Below, one piece after another: positions 40,014-54,579 of a DNA stretch of 64,000 nucleotides. Every line of letters begins with the position of its first letter. The first letter of the stretch is position 1. Position numbers and translations under genes: made by a program. Source of the stretch: Chrysomallon squamiferum (Eukaryota; Animalia; Mollusca); assembly GCA_012295275.1 (NCBI GenBank), contig CM022669.1, positions 4,030,001 through 4,094,000 on the forward strand, read 5' to 3'. The notes under the pieces are model-generated. The model searched no databases and had not been told where the DNA came from. It was given only the letters and a program-made list of their open reading frames with translations.

Positions 40014-40610
40014 GTTGTTGTTGTCGTCGTAATATTACTAGTTGATACTCCTGTTACTGTTGTTGTTATTCTTCGAATTCGTTGTCATTGCCGATGCAAA
40101 ACTATTGTGTCCCACTCGCTCTGCCGTTACGTTCGGGCGACGCGTCATCTGTAGCGGTCCGACAGCTTCTTAAAATTAACGTCTTTCGTAGGCTGCGACA
40201 GCCGCCACCAACAACGACGGAACATGCGCTGAACTCACAGGTCAGTCTGATTGCGTAAACAGTCGTAGCAAATATTTTAACTTCGATTGACACTTATTAA
40301 CGTTTGACATTTGAACAGTAACACCTCACCTACTGGAGTGCCTTCAGTCATTCGTAGTTGTGTCTGTGTCAAACTGACATCGACTCCGTTCGCTATTGAT
40401 TATTATTGATCGGTCATTCATGTGTAAACAGTCATTTTTTCTTAATGTGTAAAGAATCGTTTTGTATCTAATGTAATGTTATATGTATCAGCCTAGTTTG
40501 TAGGAGTTGTGCTAGTAGGTGGATGGGATAACAAATATTTGAGTTCTTAGTTATGTTTCTCAGTGTATATGTATATAATATACGTATGTATATAGCTATT
40601 ACCTACCTTC

Positions 40611-40664
<54 letters not shown>

Positions 40665-41518
40665 GCGTTTATGTATGAGTGTATATGTATATTTAAATAA
40701 TACATTTATATGTGTTTATATGTGTGTATATTGTATATGTAAATATAATACAGCATGTATCATATATATTAACATGTAATCATACATCTGTTTGGTGCTA
40801 TATGTAGTAGTAGTATAGCAATTGTTTGTTTCTGTGGTTACCGTTGTCATTCTTATTGATGCTGACGATGATGATGACGATGATGATATTACATGCCCAT
40901 GGGTTGGCCAAATAATTTAGAATTAAGTCGGCTTTTACATTCCGAATTTATTTGATAAACAGGGGATCATTTATATAACTTAAGTATTGTAACAGAAGTA
41001 GGGGAGATAAATAGATTTTTAAGCAGTTTGCCCCTTCACAGACCTCTAAGTATTACATGCGGCGTGACTAGCTGAAAAGAACTAATTCATGTACATGCTT
41101 TTAAATAAACACAAAGATATTCGTCCAGCCATGTCATCAAGTCAGGTTAAAGATTTTAAGTTTAATAGGTTCACGTTGTCTATGCAAGGATCTCAGAAAC
41201 GTATTTCTTTACACAAAAGGACTGTTAAGAATTTATTTATTTATTTATCTGGTTCGTTGGTTAGTTTGTTTGTTTGTTTGTTTGTTTTTGTTTGTTTGTT
41301 TGTTTGTTTGTTTGTTTGTTTGGTTGGTTGGTTGGTTGGTTGGTTGGTTGGTTGGTTGGTTGGTTGGTTGGTTAGTTTGTTATTACTATTACTACAACTT
41401 ATACAATTACTATAACTAATATCACCACTACCACCACTACAACAACAACTACTACTATAGCTACTATTACCGCTGTTATTAATACTACTACTTCTACAAC
41501 TACTACTGCTACTACTAC

Positions 41519-41570
<52 letters not shown>

Positions 41571-41829
41571 TCTTTGAAGTTAATGAACTAAATTGATGAA
41601 TTAAAAGTTACCCATCTGTCTGTCTGTCTCTGTTTCTCTCTTAATCTGGGTGTCTTATAGTGTGTCACTGACTGGATGGCTACTTAGTTCGTGGGTTTTA
41701 ATTACTGATTTCCTGGATCGATCAGTAATTGTATACTGTTTAATATTAAGTTCCATTAACCTTAAGAACGAAAAACTATATTCTGTATTACCGTGCAAAC
41801 TAATATTTGTTTTCAGAAATATACTGCCT

Positions 41830-42840
41830 TTAACTAGATTATTACGGTAAATGTTTTAGATATCATTTACTAGATTGTTACATGTGACTTCAGTTCACTA
41901 TGGTAATATTTTAAATATCTGTAACACAGAACGTTACGTTAGCCTTCTGAGTTCAGATGTGTTCTGTGCTGTTTGATATGTTTTTAATACAGATCACTAT
42001 AGCTTTAGATGTTCCTTTGTAATATATCTAACATATCTGTGGGAAGGAACGTCACATTTAACTTCACAAAACGGTGTAATACGGTAATGTCAAAACACCG
42101 TTGTGACAAGCAGTTACGTTTGCCTTTTGAGACTAGGTTAATATGCTGCTATTTTAAGAAAGCATTGAAATGAAGCGTTGCCTTTGCATTCATAAATACA
42201 TTTAGAATACGGTATTAAGACATCTTCGAGATGGAATGTTGTCTGTAAATTAGTTTAATATTGTTTATTATCAGTTAGTTTGATACGGAAATTTTGACAT
42301 ATCACTGACATGGAACGTTATATCTGGCTTCGTACAATAGTTTTATACGGTAATATTTAACATTTTGTGAGAAATTATAACTGGAACGTTACGTTTGACT
42401 TCTTACATTAGTCTAATATGCTAAAGCTTAACTTTGAGATGAAACTAGCTGAGTGTAGTAATATGTGAAATATCTTTGAGCTAGAACGTATGAAATCGTT
42501 AGTAAAATAATTTAATGGTAATATTTTTCGTCGTCATTAATAAGGAACGTTACATGTGCCTTCTTACACTAGTTGTATACGGTTAACGTTTACGATATCA
42601 TTTGAGATAGCTGAAAGGAACGTAAAGTTTGATTTCGTAAACTAAATTAATACGGTAATTTTTTGTCCATCACTGTAATGGCTAACTGAACAGTTACAAT
42701 ACCGTTTAATTCATTACTTTTCCTGTAATGTTAATCAAAGCGTTGGAATAGCTAACTAGAACGTTACGACTGTAACACTAGCTTAACACAGTAATGTCTG
42801 AGATGGCTGATAGGAGCGTTACGTGCAGCTACAGTAACGG
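41830..42840. repeat. Old degenerate minisatellite, roughly 55-75 bp period
   Basis: Recurring core ggaacgttac(g/a)tttg..ttc....actag....aatacggtaat, seen about a dozen times with heavy divergence. Confidence 0.7.
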
Positions 42841-43178
42841 ATTTATCTTGTGTTGTTAGAGACGGATCATATCCACAGCTTAAATAATTCCTTCGCCGAA
42901 GAATCGATCTGCAGTGTGCCTGTGCTGTGCTGCTGTTTACGCGGAGAGCATGGCGTGTTTGCGTGTACACGTCGCTGGGTTAGGAGTTTCAATCGAAATT
43001 CGAAAATCGATCGAAAGTTGATTTTTATACTGTTGGGAATTTGAGAAGTCAGCAATCATTAGTGCATTGCATTTATGTTCTCTTCTGACGTAACTGTGTC
43101 ATTTAATTTTATTGTCTATTTATTAATTAATTAATTAATTTATTTATTTATTTACCTATTTATTTATCTGAATCGCAA

Positions 43179-43212
<34 letters not shown>

Positions 43213-44371
43213 TAAAATTGAGTACTTTCACATTCGTTTTCAAATTTCGCTATACATTCATATTAGACAAATATAATTATAAGTTGATGTCATTCATAAG
43301 AACATTCACGCATTATACATAGTTACAGATAGGCAGATATGTAAGTGCACGGATAGACAGATGGATATGTATACAGATAAAAAGACGAACATAGAGTTTA
43401 CTGAACAAAGTTAAAAAACAGAATAATCGGAAAAGATAATAACGTAGATGATAATGATGATATGATGATTATTATGATGATGATGATGGTGATAATAAAA
43501 AATAATGAATTATATCTATAATAAATATTATAGGTTTTATTGCGAACCATGTTTCAGATATTCACTAGTTTGGCGTATACTTTTATCATAAGTAATCCAC
43601 TGTTACCAGATTACATGATTCGTAAACAGACATCTTTCTCACGGACACACCCAGAGTCTCAGGAAAGACGAAGTGTCATTATAACAAATGTAATTGTTAA
43701 AATGAAATGAATTCTCGTATTCAAAGAAACGATAAAGTTTATAAACCATAGGACACCAGATGCACATAAATAGATCAGCCTTTCGGTGTAATCGTATTTG
43801 TCAACAATACAGTAACAATACAGTTTATTCACCGCTGTATTTATAAATCTACTTGTTACATATTGACAAAGGGTGGACATGCTAACATTTGTGTATTCAT
43901 TTGTATGAGATTGTATAGAGTGATATAATGTTAATTCTGATCTTACATGTAGCTCACCAGTGTTGATATTGTAACTTATCTTCCGCTGAAGATTTCTCTA
44001 TTTTCTTTTCTTTTTCTTTTTTCTTTTTTTTTTTTCTTTTTGTTGTTGTTAGGTGGGTCTTCTTTTTGTTCTGTTATTTATTTATATGTATGCATGTACA
44101 TTACCTTTGCTTAACTCTTAACAGGTACAAGTTTTGAATGGTTAATTTAGAAAATGATCTTATGTACGATATTCATTATCATAAGAAGTTGGAAGGTAAA
44201 AGTTGACAATTAACCTTATGAAAAAATTATTAAATAGTTTAATAATCAAATTATTATAATATTAGTCTGAAAGAAATGAATTTAAAATTATATCCTTTGA
44301 TCTTAGAAAAAGAGGGGTGTAAAAAGATATTTCTACATACATTTTTTTTTTTTTTTTAATTTTTAAGAAAG

Positions 44372-44422
<51 letters not shown>

Positions 44423-44689
44423 GGAAGCAAGTAAATAAAAAAATAAATTAATTAAATAAAATAAAACAAAAATCCAGAAAACGCCACACACAAAGAACAT
44501 TTGAAGTCGCTAAATACACATGTACATTACAAAAGACCTCAGCGAGTTTTGTCCGAACAACACACGATTCTAACAACAAACTTCAATGCCAAAAGCCCGC
44601 AGCCTAGATTACTGCTACCCTGTACATTTATCTTCGAGAAACGATCTGTGGTTTATCTTGATTAATTATGTACCATGACGGCCATAAAT

Positions 44690-45046
44690 GTCTTGATTGG
44701 GCTGTCTCTCGATAACTACCGCATACGACTCCCCGCTCCAAGCATGCAAAGGAGCGAGTATACTATAACACAGTTAAAAACAGTCTACAATGGAATCGTC
44801 TTTCTAAGGCTACTTTTTTTTCTATCTTTCTTTCTTCCTTCGGAGTCACGTGACTATGCTAATGTGACCGCAGGACTTGCCGTCTGTGAAAAGTGATCCT
44901 AAAAACTTTAACGTGATTGTTGTAATTACCTGTGATTGACAGAAGATGTTTCAGAGCGTTACTCGCTGTCAGTTTTGATATTTGAGAAGTTTCTGTTGTT
45001 ACGCCAATGTCGGAGGTACCGAAGCTGTTTATCAGGCTACCGTAAG
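44690..45046 (+). promoter_or_regulatory. Candidate promoter and first non-coding exon (possibly of the 49875-51534 gene)
   Basis: CpG-containing non-repetitive island with an inverted CCAAT (gattgg, ~44695), a palindromic E-box GTCACGTGAC (~44845) and a gtaagt donor at ~45041. No transcript evidence. Confidence 0.25.
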
Positions 45047-45318
45047 TGTTCTAATTCGTGTGCATTGTTTTGTAAAGCAGGCAACTTTAGCGCTCGTCGA
45101 GCAGACGAAATACTTTGTGTGGGTTTAACAGAACAGTCGATTCAGTTACTGTTATCAAAGAGTAAGAATAGAATGATCTGACGAGGGTTAGTGCGTCCAT
45201 TTACGACACTTCGGCAATTCTCGTAAGATTCGTGTCGAAATATTACGACAGTTAACGAAACTTATAAACATGTTACTTGCCTTTTTTGCTTTTTATCTGT
45301 CTAGCATATATATGTGAA

Positions 45319-45429
<111 letters not shown>

Positions 45430-45908
45430 GTATGGATGTATCTATGTATGTATGCATGTATTCTAACGTTTTGAAAAATGCTGGATTTATACACTCATCC
45501 GCATGAATTATGCATGAATACGACTTATTTGAGTATACTGGTTAATGATTTACTGTCACTGTCAGATAACTTTTATTATATTATCTTTATTACGACAGTT
45601 TTAACTCTAATTTCAGACAGTCTTATTGACAAAATCAACTCTAATTAAGTTATATCCTAAACAACTGTTTCATTTTCATTGATTTCTTTCACATAGCTTA
45701 ACTTATTTCTAACATGCACATTTGTACGTACAAACAAGTAACCAACCAACCAAACAAACAAACAAATATATATATATATATATATATAAATATACCTACT
45801 ATCTACATACATACATAAATACATACCGATAAATTAAAATAAAAAGATAATGTATATTATTTACAGCCGCATTAATAATACTTCACACATTCATACACAC
45901 AGACACAT

Positions 45909-45978
<70 letters not shown>

Positions 45979-46061
45979 CTAATCACATAAAGCACATAAA
46001 TACAAATACACACAACAAGCACATATTAAATGTATGAGCTGACCCTTTCACTTATAGTCGT

Positions 46062-46286
46062 GTGTTTGTTTTCTTCTGGTTTTAAAAACAGTTTTTCAGT
46101 ATAAAGCGAAGTTAAAGTTTAAAACAGATATAACAGTACTTACCTTGAAGAACAATCACAGTTTTTAGATTCTTGAAAATATTTGTCTAGTGTTTTAATA
46201 TATCCGAGCCACCGTGGAACTCCGTTAACGTAAACAATCCCTTACTGTTTTACGTCAAACAATTATGACGTCACGTATGCAAAACG
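46062..46286 (-). repeat. Dispersed repeat copy 1 (~225 bp), inverted relative to 62617-62855
   Basis: The reverse complement shares tgacgtca(t/c)aattgtttgacgtaaaacagtaagg...atatattaaaa...atctaaaaac...ggtaagtactgttata...tgttttaaactt with copy 2. Confidence 0.8.
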
Positions 46287-46323
46287 CCTAGAGGAATGTA
46301 AATTAAAATTGAAATTCAAAATA

Positions 46324-47068
46324 CAGTGGTACCTTGACTTACGAGTTTAATTCGTTCCATGACCGAGCTTGTAATTCAGATTTGCTCGTTCATCAAATCA
46401 ATTTTCTCAAATGAAATTAACTGAAATACTATTAATCCGTTCCAGTCCTCCAAACCACCCCAATTTTTTATGACGTGTTTTTAAAAAAGAAAAATGTTGT
46501 AAAAAAAATAAAATGAAAGAGAATATAAAGAAATAAATTGGTTTTGTAAAGTGTACAGGGTTGGGGTTTCTCCATCTTTTCATGGACAGAGGTTCCCAGC
46601 TTGGAAATTATTTTAACGCCTTTGGCTGCAGTTATAGCCTTTATCGACTCCTTCTGTTTCAGTATGGTATATGTCGTAAAAGTACTATGCTCGTACTGCC
46701 TAGCCATGTTGACTACACGCACACCTCGCTCATGTTTTTCTATAATTCCACGCTTTAATTCAAAGGACATCATCCGCTTCTTCTTCTCAGCACTGTTCTT
46801 TGCACTCACTTTCTTAGGATGAATGGAAATTTGACAAAATACTGCAGAAAACGTGAGAACAACACAACTGATATTCTACCGCGGCGAGGTAACAACGTCA
46901 AGCAAACGAGTGAAACGCGGGATGCTGGACGAATTTTGTGTTGTTCGTTGCGCCAAATAGCTCGTATCTCGGATTTTGGTTCGCACCTCAAAGCAAAAAA
47001 CGACCGGGCGGCTGCTCGTAAGTGGGAAAACTCGTAAGCTGAAGCACTCGTAACTCGAGCTACCACTC
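46324..47068 (-). mobile_element. Internally deleted non-autonomous Tigger/pogo (Tc1-mariner superfamily) DNA transposon
   Basis: Imperfect ~23-bp TIRs (cagtggtaccttgacttacgagt / actcgtaactcgagctaccactc) flanked by TA on both sides. A minus-strand remnant PKKVSAKNSAEKKKRMMSFELKRGIIEKHERGVRVVNMARQY...TILKQKESIK...SVHEKMEK is a CENP-B/psq-type N-terminal HTH. There is no DDE domain. Confidence 0.9.
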
Positions 47069-47675
47069 TATTTAAAACATACAAACATACACACATACTT
47101 ACATACATACTTACATACATACTTACATATATGCATGCATGCTTGCATAACATGAAAAACAGTGATGTGTAGTTATATGTCATTAATGTTCCCTCTGTTG
47201 TCTGCAATTTAGCTACGACATCAACTTCTTCAGAAGGTGCTGTTTTAGACTATGTTCTTTAGGTAACAAAACGCTGACCTGCACTTTGTTGTTTATTTAG
47301 TCACCCGTACTCCAGCCACATAAGACTTTAATTTTTGAATGTCCATTTATGTCAAACAAAAGGGAAAAAAATCTTGTTCTAAGTGGAAAAACATGTTTAA
47401 CTTTGTTTTCCTCCTGAAACCACAGTTACGTACAGACAGTACTGCCATTATGTTAATACTTCTTTCAGGAACGGTGTCATGGATCTTTAGCAACATATCG
47501 TATATTTCACCATGAATTCGAAACATTGATTTTTTTAACGTCATAAATAATTTCAGTTTATTATTACTGCATTTATTATTATTATTATTATTGTTTGTTG
47601 TTGTTGTTGTTGTTGTAGTAGTTATTGCTGCTGCTGTTGTTGTTATCGTTGTAGTTACTGTTATTGTCATTATTA

Positions 47676-47708
<33 letters not shown>

Positions 47709-48164
47709 TGTTGTTGTTGTTGTTGTTGTTATTGTTTTTGTTCCAGTTGCGATAATAGTAGTAGCAGCAGTAGTAGCTGTAATAGTAAAAGAAATGTAGT
47801 AGTAGCAGTAGCAGCAACAAGTGTACCCAGTAGTTTCTTCGCGTTCTAGTATATGTCAAAAGATAAGTGTATCAACAACTCTGGTACGTGGATTCCTGCA
47901 TTGAACTAACTAACTAACTAACTAACTAACTAAATAAATAATTAAATAAAAGAGTCTTTGTTTCTAATTGTTAAAACATTCCACGTAACGACGTCAACTA
48001 GTTTTCACGTTTATATTATCAAAACAAAACCATTTGTTAACTTAAAACAGAAATTTGCAAGATGTGTCATTAAAATTAATGAGGATGAAGAAAAATCAAA
48101 TATACATACACACGCACACACGGTATACCTACATACATACAAACAAAGATACATTATTACATAA

Positions 48165-48235
48165 GCATACATACATACATACATACATACATACATACAT
48201 ACATACATACATACAAACATACATACATACATACA

Positions 48236-48265
<30 letters not shown>
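48165..48265. repeat. (CATA)n microsatellite
   Basis: Directly visible. Confidence 0.9.
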
Positions 48266-48269
<4 letters not shown>

Positions 48270-48956
48270 CATATACACTGTGTGTGTGCGTGTACATATA
48301 AATATCTGTATCGCTGTCACTGTTTGTTTTGGTGCTCTCTGTGTGTATTAATGACGATGCAGAAGCTGTAAACAATACCCTGACTCAGTGATTGATTTTT
48401 ACTGCAAATCCTCTCGAGTGCGTCCCGCTAACTTAAACTACTGCTTCTTGTACTTGATACGGGTGTCAGTTTTAAACCCGCGCATCTATTATTAAATTAA
48501 TCGGCGCTAGGAATTAATGAAGAACCGTTGGGCACAAACACAAGTGCACGCCATGGAGGTCGTATCGATTTTGCAGTTCCTTTGCTATCAGCCTGAACTG
48601 AAACACGAAAAATGACATATCCGTCAGACAGTCGATCACGATTTTATCAGTGCATGCAGGCACGCGCGCTTCATAAATCAACACACACATGCACAATATA
48701 AACTGTTACGCCCATACATAGAAAAACGTAAGAATATATCCAAACGTAATAATGTATTATATTTATAAATATATAAAACATACGAATGTAGCAGAGGCTA
48801 ACAATCATCAATACTTTATTAAGTTTTTAATATTTAAAAATTAAGTATTATATTCTTTACCATCAGTTCTGTAAGTCTATAATAATATAAGTAACAGAAT
48901 AATTTTCATCTGAACCTTAAAACGAACCAATATAATAATACTAATAAAGTTAATAA

Positions 48957-49019
<63 letters not shown>

Positions 49020-49874
49020 ATGATAATTATAATGATAACATTACTTCTAATAATAATAATGATGGTGATAATGAAAATAATATTAAGTACTAACCATGAT
49101 GATGATGATGATGATAATAATATTCTTTTTTCAAGAAATATTTTTTCAAGATAATTTAAACAACTAGCGCGTATATTTGTTGACTTAGTTTTAATGGTGA
49201 ACGCCTACATACTGGAGTCAAGCCCTGTGACTTTTGAAGTTCCATTGCAGTTAAATAATTAATTCTAAATGTGCATGCACTGTGCTTTACGTGTGTACTT
49301 CAGGTCAAAGTGCTGCACGTTGATAGTCAAGTCAGACACTGAAACCCGAGCAGCTCTATTTCTAGACAAATGACATAACCCGAGACAAGTAAGAAAGGAC
49401 AGTGTTGATGATGATAATTAATATGACGATATTGATGCAAAGAATATGATAATGATGATGATGATTAATATGGTGATGTTGATGATGAAACTATAATGAT
49501 TGCTTGCTCGACGTTAGAATTATGCTACAGTGATGTTGGTACAAATTTCATTGCATCATGATCATGATAATTACCATGAAAATGAAAGTGATGAGACTTA
49601 TTACGATAATGTAGTGGTGATATTGATGACAGTAATGACAATAATGACAATAAATTGATGATGATGATGATGATGATAAGGATATTTTACCTCTAACAAT
49701 CAACAGAAGATGTTAACCATGATTATTTTACTACAAATAATAATATTATTAAAAGTATTTCATTGTTTCCAGGGGTTCCAGTCCCAACTCTAAAATTCGA
49801 CAGGCAATTCTACAGTTACTTCGTCAAACGTCCCTGTCGTTACAAGCAGCCCCGTTCTGCGACGACCTGTCAGT

Positions 49875-50109
49875 ATGGACACGGGTGGGCCAGGAAATAT
49901 GAGCATCTACAGCCCCAACAGCAACCAGCCAAAACGACTGACGTGTTGGACTGGGAGACAACTCCTGAAACCCGCCGTTAAAGATTTCAGTGACCAACAG
50001 TTTCCAACGAAAAGAAGTTTATCATCTTCATCAGGTATGTTTTTATAAATTTATTTAATATTTAAACTTTAAACTGACGTACAAAATATTTTAATGATCA
50101 AGTAATTTT

Positions 50110-50178
<69 letters not shown>

Positions 50179-50298
50179 GTATATATATATACAGATAGAT
50201 AGATAGATATAGATATATATATATATATATATACACACAGACAGACAGACAGATAGACAGACAGATAGATATACAGACAGACAGACAGACAGACAGAC

Positions 50299-50341
<43 letters not shown>

Positions 50342-50917
50342 GATAGATAGATAGATAAATAGATAGAAATATAGATAGATATTAAAGTAAAATATAGTTT
50401 AATTTATGATAGTTATCACATCATTCATTTTCAGAAGAAGAATCAAACCACACGTCACAGTCGTTGCTTGGCGACAGAAAACAGATTCTAACTTGCAGAC
50501 CAATAGAAACGTATCGCCAGCCCACCCACCGCGGTTTGTGGGTCGCGTCGGGCGTGGCGGATAACGCCGAGGAGATCCACCGGCGTCACGTGCAGAGGAG
50601 CGCGAGGCTGCGCACTCGGTTAGGCTACTCACGCTCGCTGAGCGCGAACCAGCTGTTCGCGGCTCGAACCCCGTGCACGGACACTGAAATACCCTTCGCT
50701 TTACAAGTGTCTCGTCCTGGTGAAAGTCTCAACTCCAAAATGGAATTTCAGTAAGTTGCTTTATTATATTTATTTATTTAGTTAGTTATTTATTTATTTT
50801 GTTTGTTTTTTGTTTGTTTTTTGTTTGTTTGTTTGTTGTTTTGTTCTTCTTCTTCTTTTTGTTTGTTTGATTCTTCTTCTTGTTGTTGTTGTTGTTCTTC
50901 TTCTTCTTCTTCTTCTT

Positions 50918-50948
<31 letters not shown>

Positions 50949-51534
50949 TTATTATTATTATTATTATTATTGTTTTAAATTTCTTGTTTAGACACTGATA
51001 ATAATAACGCTACAGCTATGCAATTTTGTTGAGCAAGTACCTGAAGTCATATACAAAAGTACCGAAAAACAAAAGAAGTGTATTCCAATCCTTGTTTATA
51101 CTCCTCCATTCTTTCTCTTGTTTAGCACAAATCTTTATTTAACTGTAAGTACACTAAATAATTAATTCAGTTCTCCCTGGTTTAGTATTTAGAACTTTCT
51201 ATGTGATATATATAGACGCCTACAGTTTATATAATCATAACTTATCCGTTTCAGACGAAGAATATACTCAGCGAGACCGTCTACAACCGGAAGATACTTC
51301 GACACCACAAACGGTCTGCGCAGTCGCAACGGAGGCAACAGTCGTCGTCCGAGGACCGCGGGATCGTGGCTCACTGCCGGCTTGAAAATACAGAGTATTC
51401 AGCTCCATTCGAAAATGCCGTTGTTGGCCAAACGGCAAACCTTGCAAGAAAACCTCTTACAAAAACATCTAAATGCCGCTGTCTTAGAGCCGCAGGAAGA
51501 CAGCGCAGAGACAAAACAGAAAAGAATGTTATAG
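49875..51534 (+). CDS. Uncharacterised basic, Ser/Arg/Thr-rich protein (~251 aa, 3 coding exons)
   Basis: Three GC-richer islands 49875-50034, 50435-50750, 51255-51534 have canonical GT-AG sites, and phases 1 and 2 join them into one open frame [14 protein letters not shown]...[10 protein letters not shown]...[12 protein letters not shown]...RRPRTAGSW...KRML*. The start codon is uncertain. Confidence 0.65.
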
Positions 51535-52903
51535 AAACGAATCCCAGTACAGACACTTAGAGTATAATGTGATTTGACGACGCTACCCATCAGTATTATT
51601 TGTTACGACTATTACGATGTGTTTAACTTCTAGAAGGAGACCGAGAAACAAATAATAGACGCTTTTGAAGATTGCGTTAATCCGAATGATTTTAAGAGCA
51701 CACAATTTCAGATGTTTTTGCGTGGTAGGAAGCTTTTGACACTAAATTTTAGTCGTTTTAAGCCTGATCAAAACATTTGTTATCTTGTTAAATGAAATCC
51801 ACTTTTGTTAAATTTTCTCTCTCTCTCTCTCTCTGGCCTCAGTTCTTTGCTAATAATAAAGTATCTCAGTAAAATGATGACCTCACGAGTCTGTATTAAA
51901 AAGATGATGATTTCATGCATAGAAATGCAAGAAAAAAACACCTAAAAATCCTCAGATGCAGAGTAAATCATTGTAGTCTATTCAAAATTCTTTTGCATTT
52001 TGATTCGATATTAAGTCAAACTATATTTTAGTTATTTGTATGAAAAACAAAATTACACTGATTAATTTCAATATATTTTCAGTCAAAATGTTCGAAAGCA
52101 TTTAAGAAAATATAATTGTTATTATTAGTTGTTTTTTCTAAAAAAAAAAGTTTAACTTACTTGTGCATTCTAAAAACAATAATATATTATATTTTTCATG
52201 CATTTTAAAATCTATTTTACATTATTTATTCACTTCAGAGAAATTTCCACTATTAATCACTTGAAAAATTCATATTAAAAATGTATTTGAATTAGCAAAG
52301 TAGAATAAATATTGATGTACATACTTATTATAATCTATTTTATACCTCATCTTATATATTCATCGTTAATATGCTTTTTATTATATGTTTAATCTGTTTA
52401 TTGTTTGTGATGGTAAGAATATTATCAAAAACTGAAAATAATTGTGAAATCGTATTTATAATTTTCTTATTAACGCACATGCTAGAATTTTCTAATATAT
52501 ATATATATATATTATTTTTTTTTTTTAGTGAAATAGTATAATTTAATCTGTGATACCTGTTACTTTGTTTTCACTGACATCTCTGATGTAGTATTGTTTT
52601 AAAATATGATTTTCTGATTAGGTACAAATTAATGCATTCAGGGATAGCATAGGGACATACCATTATTTTCGTGTTTTTTTTTTTTTAATGAACCTTATTT
52701 CAGACACATTCATAATAATAATGACACTCGCTCTTTCTAAAATTCTTCATCCGCCTGTATTCTGAATATTTCCTAATAGCGGTACTATTTTCTCATCTTT
52801 TCCCTCTCACAAACAGCTTTGTGATTATAAAGTGTGATGATTATGTAATGAATCATGGGTTGTCATTTTCATCTTTTTTATTTTGTGCACGTGTCCTTAT
52901 CTT

Positions 52904-52904
<1 letters not shown>

Positions 52905-52947
<43 letters not shown>

Positions 52948-52948
52948 C

Positions 52949-53020
<72 letters not shown>

Positions 53021-53045
53021 GTAATAATAATAATAATAATAATAG
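52905..53045. repeat. (AAT)n microsatellite
   Basis: Directly visible. Confidence 0.9.
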
Positions 53046-53170
53046 TATTAATAATTTTACAGTGTCATAACGTTTTGTCAATTATATCCTCATTTAGGTT
53101 AATATAGACTTCAGTTCATAAATAAATAAATAAATAATGGTCAACATTAGTTAATATACTGATGAGTCGT

Positions 53171-53244
<74 letters not shown>

Positions 53245-54052
53245 GTCTATCTGTCTATCTAATGGGCAGGCGACAACGAAAAAACAAAATGGCAGCCTCG
53301 GTTAATAGCACCTCCTCGTTATAATGTTATAAGTGCTGTCTGTCAGCACTAACAAACTTAGCTTGTCTTCTGAAACAAACAAATAAAACAGTTATTTTTA
53401 GAAATACAACAGTCATTTAGTAATTTTATTTTCTCCTCAACAGGGTCATTTATAATAATAGAAATTTATTTTTGTTATTTTTTTATGTTCCCACCTACAA
53501 ATCTTTTTTATTTTTATTTTTATTTAAGAATGATACACGTTTTGTTGATATTTTTAATAAATATTACATTCTGACAAATACATTTATTAGAACACTTTAG
53601 ACTGTATATATATATATATATATATTTTAATATAATATTTTCAGCTACAAAATTACTTGAAGAGAGATAAGATTTATTTAGATTATTATATTTTGTTCGC
53701 ATAAATAAAATCATTTAGAAGGATGTAAATTTAATTAGGAATATAATTATGTTCTCACCAAATTCAATGAGAATAATGTCAAATTAATTTGGAATAATGC
53801 AAAATGTATTTGGAATAATGTCAAATTAATTTGGAATAATGTTAAAAATTCATTTAGAATATAATATTGTGTTGTCTTCAACCGAATCATTTAGAAAGAC
53901 AAAAATGTATTTAATAATGTTATTACGTTCTCGTCAAAATCATTCAGAATGATACAAAAATGTATTTAATTTATTATAATGTGCTTACTTTAAATACGTT
54001 AGCAAATAACCCGTTCGCCTTTTTTTTTTTCCGTGGCTTCTCAGTTATATAC

Positions 54053-54579
54053 ATACTGGAATAGTACATATGTTGTTATACTGGAATAGTACATATGTTG
54101 TTATACTGGAATAGTACATATGTTGTTATACTGGAATAGTACATATGTTGTTATACTGGAATAGTACATATGTTGTTATACTGGAATACTACATATGTTG
54201 TTATGCTGGAATAGTACATATGTTGTTATGCTGGAATAGTACATATGTTGTTATGCTGGAATAGTACATATGTTGTTATACTGGAATAGTACATATGTTG
54301 TTATACTGGAATAGTACATATGTTGTTATGCTGGAATAGTACATATGTTGTTATGCTGGAATAGTACATATGTTGTTATACTGGAATAGTACATATGTTG
54401 TTATACTGGAACAGTACATATGTTGTTATGCTGGAATAGTGCATATGTTGTTATGCTGGAATAGTACATATGTTGTTATACTGGAATAGTACATATGTTG
54501 TTATGCTGGAATAGTACATATGTTGTTATGCTGGAATAGTACATATGTTGTTATGCTGGAATAGTATATATGTTGTTAC
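54053..54579. repeat. Minisatellite, 21 x 25 bp
   Basis: Unit ctggaatagtacatatgttgttat(a/g) starts at 54056, 54081, 54106 ... 54556 with no spacers. Confidence 0.95.

Noticed and set aside
49763-49981. Listed ORF MFPGVPVPTLKF...
   Set aside because: It stops before the donor at 50035. A different frame runs to the donor and splices in frame to the next exon.
54053-54579. CRISPR-like array (also considered for 30507-30814 and 41830-42840)
   Set aside because: The units are head-to-tail without unique spacers, there are no cas genes, and the context is eukaryotic.
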